Shown here: one piece after another, positions 9,963 through 18,400 of the stretch
Layout: the number at the start of each line of letters is the position of its first letter
How positions within the stretch are numbered: the stretch's first letter is position 1
Origin: Anaerolineae bacterium
GTDB lineage: Bacteria > Chloroflexota > Anaerolineae > Aggregatilineales > Phototrophicaceae
Length of the DNA stretch: 58,387 bases
Direction: 5' to 3'
Assembly (NCBI GenBank): GCA_013821665.1
Contig: JACDGI010000001.1
Coordinates: forward strand, 1-58,387
Program-made: the position numbers and the translations under genes
Notes under the pieces: generated by a model
Told to the model about the DNA's origin: nothing
Database searches by the model: none
Seen by the model: only the letters and a program-made list of their open reading frames with translations

Positions 9963-11420
9963 TGTATGAATCTTTTGGATCAAACCCCAAAATGATTCGT
10001 CAACATCGTGGCCGCGATCAGACGCGGCTTACAGATGATACTCACGAAAGCAGGAGATAGAGGGTTAGCGAGGGGACTTCAATGCTTGTTGTCGATCAAT
10101 CGAACGAGCTTCTTCCAGCATGAGCTTCAAGTACTGACCAAAGGCGATCGGTTCTCCGTACAAGCCCTGAATATCAAACTGCTTAATCACTTGTGAGCGA
10201 TGGATAGCCATGAACTGGTGCAAATGGGCATCGAGTTGAAAGATGATCGGTTCCCCAGCATAAGCCGTTCCGATATAGTAGCTGTTCCGGTCAATCGACA
10301 CCATTCCATTCGACCCAACCCGCCGTTTGAAAAGCAACCGATGGTAATGATCGAGCCAAGCATCAGGGTTGACTGCTTCCGGGAGTGAGCGTCGATGGGG
10401 TAGATTTGGGAAAGCCTCATATGGAGGACGGTTTTGACAGGCTGAGGACTGGTTGGCTCGTTGGTGATTATAGAAGTAACGGTACTCGCGTAGGATGTCC
10501 TCAGCTTTTGCAGGATTTTCAGGATGGGCTTCCCACAAACATTCGTATTTGAGGGTTCGTACCGAGCGTTCGACAAACGGTTTGAGATCTGGACGACGCG
10601 GCGGAGTGGGGTCAGGTTCAACACCGATACACAGCAAGAAACGCAGTAAGGGAGACGGGTAACCATCCATTGCCCAACTACTGAGGAAGCGGCTGTCACG
10701 ATCAAAACGCAGCTTTTGAGGCAAATCGTTGAACAAAAACAACTTGGCTACCGCCAACAAGGCTGTTTCCGCGTTGAAATGGTAATCGGTCTGGGTATCA
10801 ACGAGGATGGATGTGCCGCGATCAACCACTGTGAAAAACTCGATCTGGTCGGCTAATTGTCCGAAATCCATCTCCCAATGTTCCATCGGAGCGGGTCGTT
10901 CGACGGGATGATGTTCATGGATACGGGTCGGAATACGTCCACCTTCTTTAAGTATCCGCCAAATCGTCGAAGCAGAATGCGGGATAAAAGCTGCCTGCTG
11001 CTGCAATAATGAGTCACGGTGAAGATGGTAAAGTATCGTTTTTGAACCGACGGTCCGTTTGTAAACATCCTTCAGTTGGTCACGCAAGCTTAAAATGGCA
11101 TTGCGCACAACGGGTAGGAGTTGTTTCGAGTGTGTTTTCGGGGCGCGAGATTGGCTTTGGAAGAGTTCTAGGCTGAGGTATTTGGCCCGTTGGAACCGTT
11201 GCCGCCATTTCTTCACCCAACTCAAGCTGTGTCCGACTGCCTCCGCTAAGCGTGAACTCGACCACTCGGGGTGGTCGCGAACGAACTGGAACAGTTTTAG
11301 CCGCTCAAACTCCCATAATGCTTCCATCATTCTCCTCCTATCGACTATATCGATGAGGAGATTTTACCCGGCCACGATGTTGACGAATCATTTTGGGGTT
11401 TGATCCAAAAGATTCATACA
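9963..11420 (-). mobile_element. IS481-family insertion sequence (1,458 bp)
   Basis: Perfect 52-bp IRs starting TGTATGAATCTTTTGGATCAAACCCC (9963-10014, 11369-11420); TGT...ACA termini; ATAC on both flanks. Confidence 0.92.
10065..11330 (-). CDS. IS481-family transposase
   Basis: HTH SLSWVKKWRQRF; WEMDF, LRFDRDSRF, KPFVERSVRTLKYE, YNHQRANQS. Confidence 0.9.
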   Translation of the reverse strand: MMEALWEFERLKLFQFVRDHPEWSSSRLAEAVGHSLSWVKKWRQRFQRAKYLSLELFQSQSRAPKTHSKQLLPVVRNAILSLRDQLKDVYKRTVGSKTILYHLHRDSLLQQQAAFIPHSASTIWRILKEGGRIPTRIHEHHPVERPAPMEHWEMDFGQLADQIEFFTVVDRGTSILVDTQTDYHFNAETALLAVAKLFLFNDLPQKLRFDRDSRFLSSWAMDGYPSPLLRFLLCIGVEPDPTPPRRPDLKPFVERSVRTLKYECLWEAHPENPAKAEDILREYRYFYNHQRANQSSACQNRPPYEAFPNLPHRRSLPEAVNPDAWLDHYHRLLFKRRVGSNGMVSIDRNSYYIGTAYAGEPIIFQLDAHLHQFMAIHRSQVIKQFDIQGLYGEPIAFGQYLKLMLEEARSIDRQQALKSPR

Positions 11421-11452
11421 ATACCTTTTCGGGGGAATATGCAGAAAACCCC
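11421..11452. repeat. Third, partial (32-bp) copy of the Tn3 IR, same orientation as the right IR
   Basis: ATACCTTTTCGGGGGAATATGCAGAAAACCCC identical to 5427-5458. Confidence 0.92.
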
Positions 11453-11545
11453 ATATTGAGAACAAAATTCGTCAACAGTTTTCAGAAAAAGATTGGCGAG
11501 GTTGTGAGACAGTAATAGCTTCTTTACAGACTATGAAAGCATAAA

Positions 11546-11892
11546 AATTTTCCTTTCCGGATCAGCAAGGTCAGAACGGATCGTGGGCATGAGTTTCAAG
11601 CCCGTTTTCACTGGCATGTTGAAGATCAGGGTATACAGCATGTCTACATCAAACCGGGAGCACCACAGCTCAACGGTAAAGTCGAATGGTCGCATCGAAC
11701 CGACGAGACCGAGTTTTATTAACTCCTGACCTACACTGATGACGTTGACTTAAGTTCGAAACTTGAGGCTTGGGAAAACTTCTATAATTATGATCGACCG
11801 CACATGTCCCACCAAGGCAAAACACCTTATGAAGTTATGCGCTCTCTATTAAAATAATTCAATAAATGTCTCACAGAGTATGACGTATCACA
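11546..11892 (+). pseudogene. C-terminal remnant of a second IS481-family transposase with its right end
   Basis: FPFRISKVRTDRGHEFQARFHWHVED.GI.HVYIKPGAPQLNGKVE..HRTD..EFY*...YNYDRPH...GKTPYE; internal stop; ends ...GACGTATCACA. Confidence 0.85.
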
Positions 11893-11988
11893 TCATCACT
11901 TGTTGCTACTATACTGGACGTAAGTTAGGCTGATCTAAGGCTCAGGTCGGTTGCAGAATTAGGGCTGAGATGATGAAGTGAGGATAAG

Positions 11989-12417
11989 CTAAGTATCTAG
12001 CACCGGACGAAATAGCACAACAATAGCATGTGCAGGACCTGGAGTTGCACACCCACCATGCCCAATCCACCCCCATATATAGTTATAAGGAGCGTCACCA
12101 AGCTCGTTTCGGAGCCAAGATTCATGGAATGTGAATTGGCGAGCTATTGGGCCAATTGGATTGTTGGGTTCATCAGCTATTTGATATGAGAGGAACACGG
12201 CATCAAGTTTCATTCTATAAAAAGACAGCAGTACCGTTAATGGTCTTCCCGCAATGTCCAGTAAATTTCGCTGATACGATTTATCTTGTTCATCATTGCG
12301 TTCATGCGCTTCCCATAGATGAAAATCAGCAGAGTCTGTAAAGGCCGCTAGATTAAAATTAGAGCCTATCATCAACTCATTTGACAGTTGAATATCTCCA
12401 TTATGTTTGTTAATCAT
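11989..12417 (-). CDS. Putative immunity protein (candidate cognate of the displaced Rhs tip)
   Basis: 142 aa, GAGGTG RBS, low GC, downstream of and co-oriented with the orphan tip; HESWLRNELG..PYNYIWGWI resembles motifs of toxin-adjacent immunity-like proteins. Confidence 0.6.
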   Translation of the reverse strand: MINKHNGDIQLSNELMIGSNFNLAAFTDSADFHLWEAHERNDEQDKSYQRNLLDIAGRPLTVLLSFYRMKLDAVFLSYQIADEPNNPIGPIARQFTFHESWLRNELGDAPYNYIWGWIGHGGCATPGPAHAIVVLFRPVLDT

Positions 12418-12745
12418 ATTTCACCTCTGCCTCAATTAATGCCTTTGATAACACAGTTCCAGATCGGGCTAATCAACCACTGTATTCTCTAAATGATTAA
12501 TCCTAGTCTATTTAAGTACATTATGACACTGACTAGGGCAATCATAACAAGCGATGAAAAAGATGTTGGATTTTGCTCTAGCATCTGAGCAACAGAAAAA
12601 CAAGCACACTGCACCGCCATCCCAACCCTTTTCCCTTTGAGTAAGGAGGTTTTGCTCGCCTACGTTAGGGAAAAGGGCCAAATATAGAGAGATTCGCCAA
12701 CAACATCATCAAAATGATGGTTGTTTTAGCAGATTTTCTTTCCCG

Positions 12746-13261
12746 TTAGTTCGGGCTAAATTTAGGGGCAAAAGGCGAATTTGTCAGTATGTACCAAAAA
12801 GTTTGGAGTCCTTGTGCCTCCAAAAGAGTATCAGCACAACCTGCAATGCCAAATCCTCTGACCCCCCTTGCACTGCACACATATATATCTCTCACTGTAC
12901 TTGAAGGTTTAGCCTGCACTATCTCAAAGCCGTAACAGTCTGAGGATGTACAACTTGTGCGAAAACTTATCGCTCCGTCAACCCATCCCGTTGGAGTAAC
13001 AACTGTTGCATCAATACGATATTGTGTAGGCCCCTTCACATCATATGCGAGCCATGCATATTTCGGATGTGGACAATTTATGAAATAGAAACCGGCAAGT
13101 GAGCCACTGGTGAAACCAGTACACATATCATTCACCTGAAATAGTGCTGCCTCGTGAAAAGACACCAAATTGAGGTCTTGAATGTGCAACGAAGAGCAAC
13201 CGTTCCACTGATTCAGAAGTGTCAAATCTGCTTGAGCGATCATACCACTGGGATCAACCAA
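12746..13261 (-). pseudogene. Displaced original Rhs C-terminal toxin domain (orphan tip)
   Basis: Begins LVDPSG-MIAQ immediately after the TSD; deleting 13268-16295 restores ...YVQGNVTN-LVDPSG in frame with the Rhs gene. Confidence 0.9.
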
Positions 13262-13365
13262 ATTCGTGATGCTGTTGGCGAACTGGATTTAAATGGATTG
13301 TGGCAAATCGAGACTCCAATTCTGTACAAGAATTCGCTGAAAGGTGGGGTGAATGCTTCCGCCCA

Positions 13366-14999
13366 TTACGCGGCAAGTCGTCCAAAGCGTGTGACACGCG
13401 TTTGGGCGCGAGGCTTTTCATCGTACCAATTCAAGACGCGGGTGAGATTCATCGCCGCAGCGGTCAACACAACTTGTAGGTGGGTTTTGTCTTGTCCTCG
13501 GTAGCGAGAGCGTCGCGTTCCCAATGCGACCATTCCTTGCGAGATCGTACCTTCAATGCCTGCCCGTTTGCCGTAGCTTTGTTGGAACACTTCGGTATGC
13601 TGTTCCTGTTTGCGCCGTTGGATGGCTTCAAACAAGGGTTGTTCATGAAACGAAAGAGTGCGGCGAGTATGTTTGGTGCAGTGTGCGCGTACCGGACAGG
13701 GCGCACAATCGGTGGAGAGAAACTTAACCCGCGTCAGTTCGTGGTCACGGCGGTGGTCGCGCATCGTCCACGGTGGGCTGACTTTGCCGTTTGGACAAGT
13801 CACTTGACGTTTCTCCCAATCAATGCTGAACGCATCAATCTCGTAACCGGTCTTGTGCTGCCAAGTCTGTTTTTCAACACCGGCCCAACCAGTTTCACAC
13901 CATACTCTACTTGACTGTCGTACAGCAGCGGCGCGGAGGTGTAGCCCATATCCACCAAATGTTCATCGGGCAGTAAATCTTTTTGCTGGAGATCATCATG
14001 AATGGGTTGGAGCGCTTCAATATCGGGCTCAGTGGCGGGAGTCGTGTAAATTTGGGTAATCAGGTTGGGGGTGTCCTCGTTACAGGTTTCACTGAAATGG
14101 ACTTTGTAGCCCACCCATTCACGCGAGCGTTTGTAGCTGTAACGGGCGGTTAAGTCAAAAGGGGATTGGAGCAGGCGGGCAGCCGGAGGCATCTCCTCTC
14201 GCTTGCGCTGACGAAGTTCATCCTCAATCAGAACGTACTGTTGCAGCCAAATCTGACGCAAGATTTCCACTGCTGCGAGTTGACGCACTTCAGCAGGTGT
14301 CGTGGGGTCGAAATACACCTTTTCAAGGAGGCGAAGACCATCCCAACCAATGGTTACGGCTAATGAATCCCGTTCCGAGGCTTTTTGGGGCAGCCGAAAC
14401 TCGGTTAAGAGTTTTCCGTAACGGGTGTACCATTCGGGTGCAGCCCACTCGCGCAGCCAAGTGGGAGCAATCTCGGCAATGGCATCGAGGGTCACTTGCA
14501 AGGCACGACCTGCCAATTCCAGACGGTTGAGGTCGCGGACACTGGCAATGACATAAGTTGAGTCGGTGCGCTGCTTGCCCCCACTGCTGATTAGACCTGC
14601 CTGCACAAACTGTTCGAGCATCGTATTGAGCAACCTCTCACCCGCTTCATGCTCCAATAAACGCTGCCGAAACTCACTCAGCACCGAGAAGTCAAAGCCT
14701 TCGTCGGTCAGTTCCAAGCTGAGGGCGTATTTCCAGTCAATCCGCGACCGCACCGCCTCAGCCGCCTGTCGGTCGGTGAGGTTCTCGGCAAACTGCATCA
14801 CACTGACCAGTGCCAACCGCCAAGGTGCATAGGCAGGCTGACCCTCGGCGTGGTACAGGTCACCGAACTGGTCGTCGCTGAAAAACGTGCCCAGCACATC
14901 GCGCATGTGCATGTAGACATTGCCTTTGCGGAAGGCACGGCAGGCTACTTTAGCAGTCAGGTCGGGAATGGGTGGGATGGCTTGCGGTTGCAGGGACAT
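13366..14999 (-). CDS. IS1182-family DDE transposase, split by a 1-bp frameshift (ORFs 13800-14999 and 13366-13803)
   Basis: RIDWKYAL, FDFSVLSEFRQRL, RTDSTYV, HLVDMGY, TCPNGK...CAPCPVRAHCT, YGKRAGIEGTISQ; one extra base in the T5 run at 13870-13874 gives a continuous 544-aa frame. Confidence 0.9.
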
Positions 15000-15159
15000 A
15001 AAACCCCCTTGCTTAACATGAATTTTTAAGGGACTTTAATTGCAAATTGACATTTTATGCACCAATAACCAAAAAAGTGAGCTATTGTTGTCAGGCGCAA
15101 AACAGCGATATATATAATCTAAAGAAAATAATATCTGAGCAAAGGACAGCCAAAATCAT

Positions 15160-15372
15160 TCATCTTGATGTAAGGTTTTCTACTGGTATGCCTATTAAGC
15201 GGAAGACAATAAACCAAGCGACAATTAGCAGCAAAATAGTAATTGTAAAGTAGATCGCTGGGTGAATTTTCCTAACATTGTTTTTTTGGTAGCGTATCAT
15301 GACCAGTGTTGCCAACAAGGCTATTAAGAGCATTGGTGCTAAGCAAGGGCCAAAACTCATCGTAGTGTCCAT
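15160..15372 (-). CDS. Small 2-TM membrane protein, putative immunity gene for the new toxin tip
   Basis: ATG at 15372 with GGAG RBS; two hydrophobic helices; only gene between the toxin stop and the transposase; low GC. Confidence 0.55.
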   Translation of the reverse strand: MDTTMSFGPCLAPMLLIALLATLVMIRYQKNNVRKIHPAIYFTITILLLIVAWFIVFRLIGIPVENLTSR

Positions 15373-15479
15373 ATTCTCTCCTGCCAATATTTTGCGTTTC
15401 CTAGTTTTTCATGGACAGTATAATCTTATTTATAATTGGGGTAAGTATACTAATATACTTTACCCCCAATGTTTTGGAA

Positions 15480-18400
15480 CTAAGCAGGACAACTAGTATC
15501 TGGACAGAAATAGCAGGCAAATGGCCAGATTGTCTGCAAAGGTGGTGTAGATCGGATAGGACTCCAATTCCCTAACTCAATAGTGACATATGCGAGTGGC
15601 TCAGAAGCATAAACCTGATATGCTCCTGAGGCACCAGCTATAGAGTAAGCGTAGTCCATCAAGCAAGTACGCGCACGACATAACTCACATACATCGTTAG
15701 TCACATTTCCGGGGGTTCCAAAGTTATATAGGGACTGGAAAAATGAGGTATTACTAAAGCCAAAATCTTGACGCAGTTTACCTTCAAAGATGTAAGAATC
15801 TATCTCACCTTGTGTGCTGAACCGATGAATACCTTGCGTAGTGTGCCAAAGTTCGTGTAATACAACCCCTATATGCTCAGCAAAATTTGAACAGTTACTT
15901 GCTGTATCTGTACAGCGTTTATCAGCTAAATAGCCTTTGTCGACTGTTACTCGATATGGCCTGAGAGCTGTCCCGCCACCTAAATCTTGAGTAAAAGAAA
16001 TATTAATCGGTGTAGAGGTACTTCTCCCTATTAAATCAAATAGATTTGCTGCACCGTTCGAATAATATCCTGAAGTATTCCTTAACAACGCGTAAGCATC
16101 ATCCAACCATTCTTGGCAATGTTCTCCTTCACAAGTCCAAAATTCCTTTTCTAAGTCGGGAAGGTTTAATGCACAAGTTCCACTGCTAAGCAGTTGAGAC
16201 AATTGAACACTCATGCCGCTGGGATCTAGAAGGTTGACTGGGTTGCCGCCCACATAGTTGTAGCCGTTGATGAGTTCGCCAACAGCATCATTCGTCACAT
16301 TGCCTTGGACATACATATAACGATTGAGCGACATTGGAGTGCAAGCCGTTCCTTCAAATGGGTCAAGACTGGCAAACGCCCCACCGTTTGTCGCATAGTA
16401 CCGTGCTCGCAGGTACAGCAGTTCGGTATTGCCTGCCTGCTGCTCACCGGTGAAGTTATAACTGGTCTGGTTTGTTCCAGTCGTGCCAAAGCCGCCACCA
16501 TACGGATCGTACTGCCGACTCTCTAACACATTGCCGTTGTTATCCACCACCACCCGCACACTACCCAAGCCATCTTGGAGCATCCATTCCCAATTGTTTG
16601 TCGCATCCTTTTGGGCATGAATGCCATGTGGGCCATGTACGAAGCGTGTGACAGCAGTCCCGTTGAGGGTCTCAGCTAAGGTTTGTGCTAAACCGGGCTG
16701 CATGTCCAACAGATAGGCAGTCGCATTCACACCATCAGTCTGCTTGACACGGTTGCCCTGTCCGTCATAAATCATATTGCCGGGAGGTCCGATAACCATA
16801 CGATTAGCGCGATCCCACGAAGCGTAAGTGCTGCTAGGCAAAATGGTATCGCGGTTGCCATTAGCATCATAGCCGTAGTTGTAGTTCTGGTCATTCAGCA
16901 ATTGGTTTGCTGCGTTGTAGTTATAGTTCACCGTATTGCTATAAGGAGGATTGGTGTAGCGATAGTATTGCTGTGTACGGTTACCAGCACGGTCGTACAC
17001 ATATTTAAAATGATAATTGAGTTCGGCATCCAGCGCCGCTGCATTCACCCCCGGATTGTAACGGGCTTCCTTCAGCCGCGAGAGCTTATCGTAGGTATAG
17101 CCGATGGTCTGCTGCGTCCATGTCCGTGTGACCGTAAGCTGCTTGAACCGAACCTTGTTACCCGTCGAGATTTTGTTCTTCTCAACGCGATTACGAATTT
17201 CCAGCAGATGCGGTCCTTCGCCTTGCAATTTGCGACCATCCACATCCATCGATACCACAATATCACGTTGAGCAGCGACCGCCGCATACCCGTCAAAGGA
17301 TTGCCAAAGTGTACCGTTGATATACACATCATAAATCGAATGATCTGGTCCCTGCCCCATCGAGAGTGTGGCTTCGTTGCCGAAGAACATTAGCTTGAGC
17401 GAAGATGCAGCCTGTGTGTTCTCTTTGTATCCACTGACATCTGACCATGTCCCACTCAAGAGCAAGCCTTTATCGGTCGAGGCGATGGTGGTGGTACCTG
17501 TGCCATAGTTCGCCAGTGCCTCAAGTGCCTGAATGCGGTTACCACGCTTGTCCACCCGATACTCGAAGTGTGCCAGCGTTTGGAAGTCTTTGGTATGCCG
17601 CAGCACACGCAGCCGTCCCGCCGCATCAAATTGGTAGCGCGAACGCAAGCGATTGGCGCGTTCAGTGGCAATGTGCCGTCCGACATTATCGTAAGCAAAT
17701 TGGGTTTTATGGCTGTCCCAATCGGTCAGCGACACCAGTTGGCCGCGCTGATCATAGGTGTAGACCACATTCAAGCTGCCGGGCAATGTCAGTTTGGTTC
17801 GCAGACCCCCAGCATCATATTCGTAGGCAACACTTTCATCAATCGTACCCAGATTATCCGTATTATCGCTATTAAAAGCCGCCTGCTTGAGCCGATGCAC
17901 CTTATCGTAGGTTAACTGGGTTTCGCGTTTAAGAGTGGTGGCAAAGTATTCGCTCATCTTAGCGCGATTGCCCGCGTCATCATAGGTCATGACAACATCA
18001 GGAGTTACAAACGTTCCACTTTCATTGTACTGAACTTTTTGAAGACGTCCCATCCGGTCAAAGTCGCGGCTGACCAGATAGCTGCTTGATCCTGTGATAC
18101 CGGGATAGGTCATGGTCACACGACTTTTGCCACCGGTTAAGTCAGTATAAGCAGTACGCCACGTTTGGGTCACGGGAGGTGAAATCGTAATCGGTTTAAT
18201 TAACGTTTTACGTCGATCTAAGAAATCATAAACATAAGTGGTAACATTACCAAGTGGTTCACGCTGGGTGAGTACGCGACCGCCTTTGTCGTATGTGACA
18301 TCGATGATGATATTCTGGTCGTTATCGGTGCTATTTACACCATGTACAATTAGTGTGCCACCCACCGTTTGCTTCCAAGCATTGGTATCCCAGACCCAGT

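Larger units (their letters stand above)
13268..16289 (-). mobile_element. IS1182-family cargo transposon carrying an Rhs core-end motif, a toxin tip and a putative immunity gene
   Basis: Perfect 17-bp IRs GATGCTGTTGGCGAACT (13268-13284; inverted at 16273-16289); 6-bp TSD ATTCGT (13262-13267 and 16290-16295); no IR copy next to the transposase start. Confidence 0.92.

Noticed and set aside
13154-13504. Plus-strand 116-aa ORF containing DAVGEL
   Set aside because: Shadow ORF crossing the element junction, antisense to two real coding regions; DAVGEL is simply the other IR
15055-15075. Possible relic IR next to the transposase start (TGCACCAATAACC)
   Set aside because: Only about 8/14 identity to the IR, not distinguishable from chance
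15480-16330. Diversity-generating retroelement or intron as the cause of the duplicated core motif
   Set aside because: No reverse transcriptase or template repeat in the window; the IRs plus TSD fully explain the junction
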